NCBI GenBank assembly: GCA_963765495.1
Contig: CAVXWP010000015.1
Location: 1-64,000, forward strand
DNA: 64,000 bases
Direction: 5' to 3'
Source: Blastocatellia bacterium
GTDB lineage: Bacteria > Acidobacteriota > Blastocatellia > UBA7656
Made by a program: the position numbers and the translations under genes. The first letter of the stretch is position 1; the number at the start of each line of letters is the position of its first letter. Shown here piece by piece: positions 10,001 to 19,495 of the stretch. Under the pieces are notes generated by a model, which saw only the letters and a list, made by a program, of their open reading frames with translations, was not told the origin of the DNA and did no database searches.

Positions 10001-10651
10001 TTGCTCGATTCTCGATCAAGAAACGAATCGGACAGAAAGAGGGTAGACGAACTGGCAAAGACCAAGATAGCGGAAAGCTTTGCAAAACGCGATGACGGCG
10101 AGCTTATTGCTGCCTGCCTCGAAGGCGACCCGGTCGCGTGGGAGGCGCTTGTGATGCGCTATCAGAGGCTGATCTATTCCATCCCGGTCAAGGCGAGGTT
10201 ATCGCCGGATGACGCGGCAGATATTTTCCAATCCGTATGTTTGAAGCTTTATGAAAAGCTGGCCTCTTTGCGCGATCACGGAAAGATAAGCTCCTGGCTG
10301 ATCACTACGACAAAGCGCGAATGCTGGCGGGTGGCCGCGCTCAACCGTAGAGAAGGCGCGCGCACAGACTCAGGCGAAGACGACTCACCTGATGGAGTAA
10401 GTCAGATTCCATCTCAGGGCCTTCTGGCCGACGAGCAGCGAGAAATCCTTGAACAACAGCAGATAATTCGCGAATCGGTCGAGTCGCTTTCCGAGCGGTG
10501 CAGAGATTTACTGACCATGTTATTTTATCAAAAAGATGACCTCAGTTATTCGGACATAGCCGTACGAATGAAGATGCCGGTTGCGTCAGTAGGCCCTACG
10601 CGCGCTCGATGCCTCGAAAAGTTAAGAAAGCTTTTAGAAGGCAAAATTTAA
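10001..10651 (+). CDS. ECF sigma factor (start codon uncertain)
   Basis: AWEALVMRYQRLIY, DAADIFQ, SWLITT, LSERCRDLL...SYSDIA...SVGPTRARCLEKLR. Confidence 0.92.
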   Translation: MLDSRSRNESDRKRVDELAKTKIAESFAKRDDGELIAACLEGDPVAWEALVMRYQRLIYSIPVKARLSPDDAADIFQSVCLKLYEKLASLRDHGKISSWLITTTKRECWRVAALNRREGARTDSGEDDSPDGVSQIPSQGLLADEQREILEQQQIIRESVESLSERCRDLLTMLFYQKDDLSYSDIAVRMKMPVASVGPTRARCLEKLRKLLEGKI

Positions 10652-10725
10652 TCGAAATTCATGTATTTTTTCTCGTCTCAGGGTCTCTGCTGTCATGTGA
10701 AAGGGTGGTAACCGGAGAAAAATCA

Positions 10726-11352
10726 ATGAGATGCCCCAGTTTTGAGAAAATTATAGATTATCTCGACGGCTCAATTGATACGGACGAGGCGGCCCGCACA
10801 AAGGCGCATCTTGAAACGGGTTGCTCGATGTGCGCGGCTACACAACAGTGGTACGAGAGGGTCAATCTATTAACATCGAGCGATGACCTGACGGAGCCGC
10901 CGCCATGGGTCTTAAAACGCGCGCTCAAATTATTTGAGAGTCAGCGCGCTCGCGGTTCCGTCATAGAGCGCATAGGCCGGGCCGTGGCTTCGCTTGTCTT
11001 TGACAGTCTTGCGCGGCCCGCCATAGCCGGGGTTCGCTCGACCGATACTGCAAATCGCCAGCTACTCTACAGAGCCGGCGATTACAATATAGATTTGCAG
11101 ATCGCTCCGATTGACGAAGCTCGCGCCGAATTGATAGGTCAGGTCCTGCGAGAAGGTGAAAACACCTTTCAATCTGTGGCCGAGCTTTCTCTGAACCTCA
11201 AAGGCGCAGGCGAAACGCAGCTTTCTTCGAAGACCAATCAACTCGGAGAGTTTGCATTCAATAACGTAGATCAGGGGAATTACGATCTGTCAATCGAGAC
11301 GCCCGAAGGCGTTATAACTATCCAGGGATTGCCTGTTACTCAGTCCCTTTAG
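10726..11352 (+). CDS. Soluble zinc-finger (zf-HC2/ZAS) anti-sigma-like protein with C-terminal carboxypeptidase-regulatory-like beta domain
   Basis: MRCP...DYLDG...HLETGCSMC; LVFDS...AGVR...RQLLY; TNQLGEFAFNNVDQGNYDL; no TM segment; GGAG RBS before ATG 10726. Confidence 0.8.
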   Translation: MRCPSFEKIIDYLDGSIDTDEAARTKAHLETGCSMCAATQQWYERVNLLTSSDDLTEPPPWVLKRALKLFESQRARGSVIERIGRAVASLVFDSLARPAIAGVRSTDTANRQLLYRAGDYNIDLQIAPIDEARAELIGQVLREGENTFQSVAELSLNLKGAGETQLSSKTNQLGEFAFNNVDQGNYDLSIETPEGVITIQGLPVTQSL

Positions 11353-11438
11353 GTTTTTCCGTTAAGTTTTTCCGGCCCACGCGGACTGAGATCACCCGCG
11401 ACTGAGAAGGTCAAAATCCAATTAAAACCGGGCTGGAC

Positions 11439-14315
11439 GTGTATGCGCAGAGCAGAAAAGTGAGCAACGAATTAGCAGAAAAATTGATGCGGGCCGAAAG
11501 CGCCGGGGCTTTCCTGAGCGAGCAAAACGGCTCTGCCGGGTGGCAGACGGTTGCGGCGCTCAAATCCGAAGTGGACCGCCTCGTTGGCTGCGATCTGAAA
11601 CTGGCCGATGGTCTTATCGCGCGCATAGATGAGTTGGCCGAGCTTTTAGGCGATCCCGTATCGCGCGCCTTCGCCGATGCGGGCCGCGCTCGCGCTCTTC
11701 ACTTTTCGGGACGCTATGAGGATGCTCGCGTTCTGATGCAGAGCGCCACGGATACTTTGCGTGAGGCACGCCTTAACTCGGAAGCGGCCTTCATACAGGT
11801 GCAGCAGGTTTTTACGCTCACGCAGATGGGGCGTTATGATGAGGCGCTTCGCACGGCCCGCGCCGCCCGCCGCGCGCTTTCTGGCGGAGAGCCCAGAGAC
11901 CTCGCTCAACTGGAATCGAATGTCGGCACGATCTATTACCGGCTCGACCGTTACAAGAAAGCGCTCCAGCATTATGACCGCGCCTACGAGATGTTTTCCG
12001 ATTCGGATGACTTTCACATGCGAGCGCTAATAGATTTCAACCGCTCAAATATCTTTACGGAGATGGACCGGCCCGCAGAGGCGCTTGCCCTGCTCGAAAG
12101 CGCCGCCGGAGGATTCGACCGGGCCGGGCAGAGCCTGTTTGCCGCCGAATCGCGTTTTCACATCGCATACCTACAGTTTCTTCGCGGCAGTTACAATCTA
12201 TCGCTTGCGAATTATTATCTGGTAAAAGACCGCCTCGCCGATCTCGGCAGCGCGCAATCGGTCGCCTGGTGCAATCAGGAAATAGCCGAGATATTGCTCG
12301 CTCTCAACGCCTTCGATGAAGCTGCGGAAAACGCCTCGCTTGCCCGCGCGAGTTTTACCGCGCTCAACATGCCTTATGAATCGGCGCAGGCGCTGCTCGT
12401 ACACGCGCTGGCCTCGATGGGGCTCAGACAGTTCGAGCAGGCGCAATCCGACCTCCTGACAACCCGCGATGTGTTTGCTGCCAACCGCAATCATGCTTTG
12501 ACCGCCCTTGTGGATACCTATCTGGCCGAACTGGCTATCCGCCGTCAGGATTACACCGAAGCCGCCGGCAGGGCCTCCGCCGCGCTTCGCGTCTTTTCCC
12601 GTCAAGGGCTTTCAATCCGTTCGGCCTATGCCAGATTGCTACAGGCCCGCGCCGCTTATCATCAGGGCGAAAGGGCAAAGGCCGCTCGAATAGCGAGAGC
12701 CGCGATCAAGAAGATCGAAGGCCGCCTCGCCCCGGCAGTCGCTTATCAGTGCTACAACTTGCTTGGCCGAATAGCTCGCGACCGGGGACGAAATTCCCAG
12801 GCTCTTGAAAGCTTTCGCCGCGCGGTCGAAATCATAGAGCAGATGCGCGGCGGGATAGCCACCGATGAATTCAAGGCCACCTTTCTGCAAGACAAAATTC
12901 AGTCTTACGAAGATGCCATCACGGCTTGTCTGGATGAAGGAAGCGAGCCGATGGTTGAAGAGGCGTTTCATTATGTAGAGTCGTCTAAATCACGCGCGCT
13001 GGCCGACCTGCTTGCGCGCTATGCGCGAGGCGAAGACCATCCTTCGACCTCCGGCGCTGACGGTGAGACTCGCGCGCGGTTGGCGAGGCTGGTTGAGGAT
13101 TTGAACTGGTACAGTTCGCACGCCGGGCTTGAAGATGAGAAGGGCGATCAGCGCAGCGCCGACACAGCCGACCGATACCGCAGCGCGGCAGTCCGTTGCG
13201 AGCGGCAGATAGCGCGGCTGTTTCGACGCCTCGAATCCGAAGGTTCCGATTTTGCAGACCCTCGGCGAATGCGCGCGGCATCCATCCTGGATTTGCGCAC
13301 GTCGCTTTACGAAGGCGAAACGGTCATCGAATACTTCACAACAGGCGACGAGGTGTCGGCTTTTGTCGCAACCCGCGACCGGGTCAAAGTCATCCGCGCC
13401 TTTGCCTCAAAACAGGAGGTCGAACACCATCTGTCCACGCTCCGGTTTCAACTGGAAAAATTCAATTACGGCCCCGAGTATGTTGATGCGCATTTCGGCC
13501 ACCTCCGCCGTGCAACCGACGAACATCTTTCGCGTCTCTATCAGGTAATATTTGCGCCTCTTGAATCTGCGGTTGAAACCGAACAGATCATAGTTATCCC
13601 TCACGGCCCGCTTCATTACGTACCCTTTCACGCCTTGCGCGGTGACGGGGAGTTTCTGGTTGAGCGATTCGAAATTTCTTATGCGCCAAGCGCATCGGTA
13701 CTCAAGCATTGCCGCGAGACGGCTTCAAATTTGAGGGCTCAATCTTCGGATCGCGGGAGGATGATCGCCCTCGGAGTTCCCGAGCGCGGCACGCCAAGCA
13801 TCGAAGACGAGATCCGCGCGCTTTCAAAGATATTTCCCGATGCCGTGAGCCTGACCGGACACGAGGCCACGCGCGACAATCTGTTGCGGCTCGCGCCCGA
13901 GGCCCGCTTCCTGCATCTGGCATCGCACGGTTATTTCCGGCGCGACAATCCTATGTTTTCATTTCTGAAGCTCGCCGATTCGCGCCTGAACTTTTACAGT
14001 CTGCTCGACATCCGAATGAACGCCGAGATGGTGACGCTTTCGGCGTGTCACACGGGCGTAAATATGATCTTTCCCGGCGACGAACTGCACGGGTTGATGC
14101 GAGGATTTCTTTACGCGGGCGTGCCGTCGCTGGTGGCGAGCCTCTGGGCCGTGAGCGACCGCTCGACCTCCGAACTGATGAGCGAGATGTATACACACAT
14201 CCGTGCCGGGGCTACAAAACGGGCGGCATTGCGCCAGGCTCAGCTTGCGATCAAGGACGCTTACGGGCATCCCTACTACTGGGCGCCGTTTATCCTGATG
14301 GGAGACCCGAATTGA
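11439..14315 (+). CDS. TPR-CHAT (caspase-like) protease
   Basis: Long TPR array; ESSKSRAL; IIPHGPLHYVPFHAL; catalytic dyad LHLASHG and VTLSACHTG; HPYYWAPFILMG end; no signal peptide. Confidence 0.93.
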   Translation: MYAQSRKVSNELAEKLMRAESAGAFLSEQNGSAGWQTVAALKSEVDRLVGCDLKLADGLIARIDELAELLGDPVSRAFADAGRARALHFSGRYEDARVLMQSATDTLREARLNSEAAFIQVQQVFTLTQMGRYDEALRTARAARRALSGGEPRDLAQLESNVGTIYYRLDRYKKALQHYDRAYEMFSDSDDFHMRALIDFNRSNIFTEMDRPAEALALLESAAGGFDRAGQSLFAAESRFHIAYLQFLRGSYNLSLANYYLVKDRLADLGSAQSVAWCNQEIAEILLALNAFDEAAENASLARASFTALNMPYESAQALLVHALASMGLRQFEQAQSDLLTTRDVFAANRNHALTALVDTYLAELAIRRQDYTEAAGRASAALRVFSRQGLSIRSAYARLLQARAAYHQGERAKAARIARAAIKKIEGRLAPAVAYQCYNLLGRIARDRGRNSQALESFRRAVEIIEQMRGGIATDEFKATFLQDKIQSYEDAITACLDEGSEPMVEEAFHYVESSKSRALADLLARYARGEDHPSTSGADGETRARLARLVEDLNWYSSHAGLEDEKGDQRSADTADRYRSAAVRCERQIARLFRRLESEGSDFADPRRMRAASILDLRTSLYEGETVIEYFTTGDEVSAFVATRDRVKVIRAFASKQEVEHHLSTLRFQLEKFNYGPEYVDAHFGHLRRATDEHLSRLYQVIFAPLESAVETEQIIVIPHGPLHYVPFHALRGDGEFLVERFEISYAPSASVLKHCRETASNLRAQSSDRGRMIALGVPERGTPSIEDEIRALSKIFPDAVSLTGHEATRDNLLRLAPEARFLHLASHGYFRRDNPMFSFLKLADSRLNFYSLLDIRMNAEMVTLSACHTGVNMIFPGDELHGLMRGFLYAGVPSLVASLWAVSDRSTSELMSEMYTHIRAGATKRAALRQAQLAIKDAYGHPYYWAPFILMGDPN

Positions 14316-14407
14316 GACCGACGAACATTGTTATATTTTTGTTGTCCTGTGCTCCGCGACGCTTGCGGGGTTGAATCGACATTATACTTGTAAGGCAGGA
14401 TAGAGAG

Positions 14408-16840
14408 ATGTATATGAAACGCAACAACGCACTTTTTACCGCTTCGATCAAGGCAGTTGCCCTGATAATAATTCTGCTCTGCACGGCCTCGGCTTTGCCC
14501 GCGCAGGCGCAAAACGGCGATCTTCCCGACTTCCGAAAGGGCGAAGTCATAGTCGAACTCAAGCCGGGCGTGGCGATTGATGACATCAACGCGCAATACA
14601 AGACTACTACGATCAAGCAGATTTACGGGACGAATTTCTATCTGCTGGCCACCAAGAAGAACAAGAAAGAGAAGAAGTGGCAAAAGAAGTTGTCCAAAGA
14701 CAGCCGGGTGTTGAGCGCATCGCTCAACCCTGTGATCACAAGCCCGCTAAATGTTTTCGGAAGATCGGTACTCGGATTTCCCGGCGACCGCCCTTTGCCG
14801 GGCCGTGTACAGCCTGATTACGCGGGTCAGCTTGATATGCTCAGCATGCGGGACGCGCAGTTGCGCTCGAAGGGCGAGGGCGTCGTCGTCGCGGTCATTG
14901 ATACGGGAGTAGCGCGCACTCACGCGGCTCTCGTCTCGCATCTCTGGGTGAGCGCGGGCGAGATCGCAGGCGACCTTATTGATAACGATCTGGACGGGCT
15001 TGTTGATGATGATCGCGGCTGGGATTTCGTAGATAACGACAACGACCCCTCGGAAGCCAATCCAGACCCCGAACACAACATCACGGGGCACGGCACTTTC
15101 ATCGCGGGGTTGATCGCGCTCATGGCTCCCGGAGCGCGCATTATGCCTGTGCGCGCATTCGCGCCCGAAGGTGTAAGCGATGCCTTCACCGTTGCTTCGG
15201 CAATCAAGTATGCTGCCGATCACAACGCGCAGGTCATCAATCTCAGCTTCGGCTCTCCCGATCAATCCGACGTGCTGCTTGATGCGATCATGTATGCCCG
15301 ACAGCGTGGCGCGGTGGTGATTGCGGCCGTAGGCAACGAAAACCAGAACACCGATTCGCATCCGCAGTTTCCCGCCGCCTATGTGACCGAGACTATGGGA
15401 GTGATGGCGGTTGACAATTCGGATCACAAGGCCGAGTTTTCGAATTTCGGCAGCAACGTATCGGTTTCAGCGCCGGGCGTCGGGCTTGTCAGCGCATTTC
15501 CCGGCGGAGCAAATGAAGACTATGCCGTATGGAGCGGGACTTCTTTTGCCGCGCCTCTGGCTTCGGCAGAAGCGGCCTTGATCCTGGGTGTTGATCCGAG
15601 ACACCCTGATCCGAGAGCTACTATCGAAAACACCGCTTCCAACATTGATAGCTCAAACCCGGGATTCGCGGGCAAAGTGGGTAAGGGCCGGATCAATCCG
15701 CTCGAAGCGGTTCGCAGCTTCAGTTCTACGGTAAATAACCACGCGGAGACGACGCTGATTTCCACGGGGGTCGAGCCGGGCGCTCAGGGCGAGGCCGAAA
15801 TTACGATTACCGCCTCCGAACAGGAGTTCGAGGTTACGGCCAGCGGGCTTAAGGTGCGCGCTCCTTACAAAGTAGTCGTAGACGGCGCAGTCGTAGTTGA
15901 CGGCAAATCAAACCCTCTGGCCAATACCAGTAACTTCGGTAATCTCAAAATAGAGTTTTCAACCATAGCTGATAATGACCACGTGCTGCTGCCTGCCGGG
16001 CTCATTCCAGTGAGCAACATCAAACACGTGGAAGTGCGCGACGATCAGGATCGAATCGTGCTTCAAGGCGATTTCGGCACAGGCGCAGGCGGCGGCGGGC
16101 AGGCGGTCGAGAAAGAGACGAAACTCGTCTCAACAGGAATCCTGCCGGATGCTAAAGGCGATGCCCGCGCGCAAATCGAGCCCGAGCGTCAAGAGCTTAG
16201 AATAAGGGCTGAAAACGTGACCGCCGGACTCACCTATAAGATAGTCGCAGACGGAATAAATATCGGTTCAGGTGTCGCGCAATCTGACTCGGACGGGTCG
16301 GGCTATCTCGAGATCAGGTTTACGAGCGACGGATCGAAAGGCCCGTTGCTTCCGCAATCGGTCCAGCCGGTGACATCTATCAAACACGTCGAGGTGCAAA
16401 ATCAGGCGGGGCAGGTCATCTTGCAGGGAGACTTCCAGCCCGGCAGTGGTAGCCTTGGCGGAGACGATAATGGAGGCGGAGACGACAACGGCGGTGGCGG
16501 CGGCGGTGGCAGCCAGGAAATCAGCAAAGACGTAAACCTCAGTCCTGCGGGGGCGAATCACTCGGCCGAAGGCAGGATAAAGCTTAAATCTTCCAGCGTG
16601 CGCGATGATCTGGAGATCGAAGCAAAAAAGATCAACCCCTCGACTCAGTACAATATCTACATTGATGGATTTTTGCTGGCCGGCGTCACTACAGACGGCT
16701 CGGGCGAGTTTAAGCTGGAATGGAGCAGCGCGGATTCGAGCAAATTGCCTTTGCCCGAGCAACTTCGCCCGTTGAGCGGTATTCATCACATAGAAATCCG
16801 CGACCCTTCGAATCAGGCGGTATTGTCGGGCGACCTGTAA
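14408..16840 (+). CDS. Secreted S8 subtilisin-like serine protease with three C-terminal ~100-aa repeats
   Basis: Signal peptide; VIDTG, HGTFIAG, AVGN, SGTSFAAP; repeats each ending I[KH]H[VI]E[VI]...[VI]L.GD[FL]. Confidence 0.93.
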   Translation: MYMKRNNALFTASIKAVALIIILLCTASALPAQAQNGDLPDFRKGEVIVELKPGVAIDDINAQYKTTTIKQIYGTNFYLLATKKNKKEKKWQKKLSKDSRVLSASLNPVITSPLNVFGRSVLGFPGDRPLPGRVQPDYAGQLDMLSMRDAQLRSKGEGVVVAVIDTGVARTHAALVSHLWVSAGEIAGDLIDNDLDGLVDDDRGWDFVDNDNDPSEANPDPEHNITGHGTFIAGLIALMAPGARIMPVRAFAPEGVSDAFTVASAIKYAADHNAQVINLSFGSPDQSDVLLDAIMYARQRGAVVIAAVGNENQNTDSHPQFPAAYVTETMGVMAVDNSDHKAEFSNFGSNVSVSAPGVGLVSAFPGGANEDYAVWSGTSFAAPLASAEAALILGVDPRHPDPRATIENTASNIDSSNPGFAGKVGKGRINPLEAVRSFSSTVNNHAETTLISTGVEPGAQGEAEITITASEQEFEVTASGLKVRAPYKVVVDGAVVVDGKSNPLANTSNFGNLKIEFSTIADNDHVLLPAGLIPVSNIKHVEVRDDQDRIVLQGDFGTGAGGGGQAVEKETKLVSTGILPDAKGDARAQIEPERQELRIRAENVTAGLTYKIVADGINIGSGVAQSDSDGSGYLEIRFTSDGSKGPLLPQSVQPVTSIKHVEVQNQAGQVILQGDFQPGSGSLGGDDNGGGDDNGGGGGGGSQEISKDVNLSPAGANHSAEGRIKLKSSSVRDDLEIEAKKINPSTQYNIYIDGFLLAGVTTDGSGEFKLEWSSADSSKLPLPEQLRPLSGIHHIEIRDPSNQAVLSGDL

Positions 16841-16857
16841 GCCTGAACGCGAACAGA

Positions 16858-16925
16858 ATCTTTTGACAGGATTAACAAGATTACAGGATTAATAACTGTA
16901 AATCTTGTTAATCCTGTCAAAAGAT
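16858..16925. repeat. ACAGGATT/AATCCTGT-family palindromic element (D1)
   Basis: ATCTTTTGACAGGATTAACAAGATT ... AATCTTGTTAATCCTGTCAAAAGAT, perfect 25-bp arms. Confidence 0.85.
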
Positions 16926-16939
16926 GTTTTTTTATAAGA

Positions 16940-18715
16940 ATGAACTCGCGCGTGCTTGCGGTCCTGCTCATTTTGCTCTGCCCCGCTTGCGGGCGTAGCG
17001 GCTTGCCCGCAGCTTCAGATACCGGCATTCAATCATCTCAGATCACAGGCGAGACGATGCTCTGGCTGTTTAATCGGGCGAGAGCGCGTCTGGGCGGCGA
17101 GAGCCGGATCGAGGATCGCCCCTCTCCACGTCAGGTGATTGAATCGCGCCCGACAACGATTTTTCTAACCGTTTTCGCGCGAGGCCAGATACTAAATCCC
17201 GACTCACGTATTGGAACGGGGAACGGTTTGCTTGCGGCACTCGATTCGGCGCTCGATTCTATCAAGCCCTCAAAATCTGCATCCGAGCCTGACCGGGTTC
17301 AAATAGATGTTCTCAAAGACAGCTTTATCCCTCTCGGACGCCCCGATGATTTCACGGGGCTTTCGGCGGCCCGTTTGATTGACATAGGCGCGGAAGGGCT
17401 GGCCGTTCGCGCGGGCAAGAGTACGTATTATTTGATGCCTGCCGAGATCATCTACCGATCAATAGTTGATGACGACCCCGACGCTCAATCGGCTGCCGAT
17501 CTGCTGGATCGCGTCATGACTTATACGCATCTTTCGCCGGGCGCATGGAGATCGTCCGCTGTCAGGCTAAGCCGCTTTCGCACCATTTCATTTATAGAAA
17601 ACGCCGCGCGCGATTCGGCGCTCAAGCTCACGGGCGCGCTCGTTACGGTCGAAGAACCATCCAAACAAACGCTCCTTTCGGCGGCTCGAAGTGGCGGCGA
17701 TTATTTGATTCGCGCGCAAAAACCTACGGGGCGCTTCTATTATTCTTACGAGCCGCTCGAAGACAAAATAAACACCCGGGGCTACAACATAGTTCGTCAC
17801 GCGGGAGCGGCATTCTCTCTGTTTGAGCTTTACTCCGTCACGCGCGATTCGCGCTATCTGGAAGCGGCCCGCCAGGCGATAAGCTTTCTCAAGTCGCGGT
17901 TTCGCGCTGCGCGAGATAAAGATTCGATCTATGTTCTGGATAATGACGGCAAGGCAAAACTCGGCGCAAACGGGCTGGCGCTTGTGGCGCTGGCTCGGCA
18001 GATAGAGCTGGACCCGCAATCGTCGGATCGCAAAAACGCCGAGCAACTGGCGCATTTAATTCTAGCCTTGCAGCGCAAGGATGGCTCCTTTAGGAGCTAT
18101 CATCCGGTGCGAGGCGACGAACCGGAAGGAAGCGTTTCGCTTTACTATCCTGGCGAGGCCATTCTCGGACTGGTCATGCTCTATCGTGTGAACGGCGACA
18201 GGCGATTGCTTGACTCTGCGCGCAGGGGCGCAAATTATCTGATCGCATCCGAGCGCAAGATGGATAGGCTTCCGCCGGATGCGTGGCTTATGCAGGCGCT
18301 CGAAGCGCTTTGCGCCGTAAAGCGCGAGCCGGAATATGTCGAACACGCGATGCGGCTGGCGGAGGCGATGATGGCCGATCAATACGCCGCAAACAGCCCG
18401 GCGGGCTACCCGGGCGGATTCGGCCCGGGAATGCCGCGCTCGACTCCGGCGGCGGCGCGGGCCGAAGGCATGGTCGCCGCATATCGTTTAGCGCGGTTGA
18501 CGGGAGACGCACGCGCGCCGAAAATCCTTGCTTCGCTCAAATCGTCTGCCCGGTTTCAGTTGTCTCAGCAATTCGACGCCGACAACAGCTTTTTTCTTCC
18601 GAATCCTGAACGAGCCACGGGGGGATTTCGCGCCGGGATGACTTCTATGCGAATCCGCATAGACTTCGTGCAGCACAGTATCTCTGCTCTGCTTGGCTTG
18701 GCGCAGATAATCTGA
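16940..18715 (+). CDS. Exported (possibly lipo-) protein with C-terminal alpha/alpha-barrel-like region; function unknown
   Basis: N-terminal hydrophobic stretch ending CPAC; motifs YNIVRHAG, KLGANGLA, YYPGEA, RIDFVQH. Confidence 0.6.
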   Translation: MNSRVLAVLLILLCPACGRSGLPAASDTGIQSSQITGETMLWLFNRARARLGGESRIEDRPSPRQVIESRPTTIFLTVFARGQILNPDSRIGTGNGLLAALDSALDSIKPSKSASEPDRVQIDVLKDSFIPLGRPDDFTGLSAARLIDIGAEGLAVRAGKSTYYLMPAEIIYRSIVDDDPDAQSAADLLDRVMTYTHLSPGAWRSSAVRLSRFRTISFIENAARDSALKLTGALVTVEEPSKQTLLSAARSGGDYLIRAQKPTGRFYYSYEPLEDKINTRGYNIVRHAGAAFSLFELYSVTRDSRYLEAARQAISFLKSRFRAARDKDSIYVLDNDGKAKLGANGLALVALARQIELDPQSSDRKNAEQLAHLILALQRKDGSFRSYHPVRGDEPEGSVSLYYPGEAILGLVMLYRVNGDRRLLDSARRGANYLIASERKMDRLPPDAWLMQALEALCAVKREPEYVEHAMRLAEAMMADQYAANSPAGYPGGFGPGMPRSTPAAARAEGMVAAYRLARLTGDARAPKILASLKSSARFQLSQQFDADNSFFLPNPERATGGFRAGMTSMRIRIDFVQHSISALLGLAQII

Positions 18716-18825
18716 GTGATTCGTGATTCGTGAAGAGTGATGCGTGACTTTCAGGGAGCCCACGGTTAAAGATTAATTTGCAAACCTGATAAATCACGGA
18801 TCACTCTTCACGAATCACGAATCAC
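18716..18825. repeat. GTGAT(T/G)C-heptamer inverted-repeat element (B1)
   Basis: 32-bp arms 18716-18747 and 18794-18825 with one mismatch; starts immediately after a TGA stop. Confidence 0.9.
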
Positions 18826-18922
18826 AGAAACGCATCACTCGTAATGTAAACAGGCGCGGAAGAGAGAAGACTTTTTGGTAGTTTTTCTCTATTATTCTCT
18901 CTTCCGCTCGGCGGGATTTACT

Positions 18923-19495
18923 ATGGGAAGACAGGCTATATTCATTGATCGAGACGGGACTATAAACGAAGACATAGGCTATGCGTCGAGTCCCGATGAG
19001 TTGATTATTTATCCGTGGGCCGCCCGAGCCGTGCGCCTGATCAACGAGGCCGGTTTGCCGGTTATCGTGATAACGAATCAGTCGGGTGTGGCGCGCGGAC
19101 TTTATACCGAAGATACTCTTGCAGAAATTCACGATCACTTGCGTGAAGTGCTTTCCGAAAGCGGCGCGCACGTAGATGCGATCTATTATTGCCCGCATCA
19201 TCCGAAACATGGTGACGAGCGATACCGCAAACTATGCGATTGCCGCAAGCCGCAAACGGGACTTCTCGACCGCGCGGCGCGTGAACACGATATCGACCTC
19301 GGGCGATCTTATGTCATTGGAGACAAGGCGAGCGACATCAATCTGGCAACCAACGCGGGCGCTCGCGGAGTGCTTGTCCTGACGGGCTATGGGAGCGAAA
19401 CCTTTGCCAATCCCGACCGCTGGCCCTGCGCGCCCTCTCTTGTAGCCGATGATTTACTTCGGGCTGTCGAGTCGATACTTGCCGATTTATGCTGA
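18923..19495 (+). CDS. gmhB: D-glycero-D-manno-heptose 1,7-bisphosphate phosphatase (HAD IIIA)
   Basis: FIDRDGTIN, ITNQSG, YCPHHP...CDCRKP, IGDK..D. Confidence 0.85.
   Translation: MGRQAIFIDRDGTINEDIGYASSPDELIIYPWAARAVRLINEAGLPVIVITNQSGVARGLYTEDTLAEIHDHLREVLSESGAHVDAIYYCPHHPKHGDERYRKLCDCRKPQTGLLDRAAREHDIDLGRSYVIGDKASDINLATNAGARGVLVLTGYGSETFANPDRWPCAPSLVADDLLRAVESILADLC

Noticed and set aside
10662-10689. TGTATTTT...GTCTCT as the cognate ECF promoter before the anti-sigma
   Set aside because: Only a weak look-alike upstream of the subtilase; cannot define a motif from one window.
11439-14315. TPR-CHAT as part of a type III-E CRISPR (Craspase) locus
   Set aside because: No cas genes or CRISPR array in the window; the analogy is mechanistic only.
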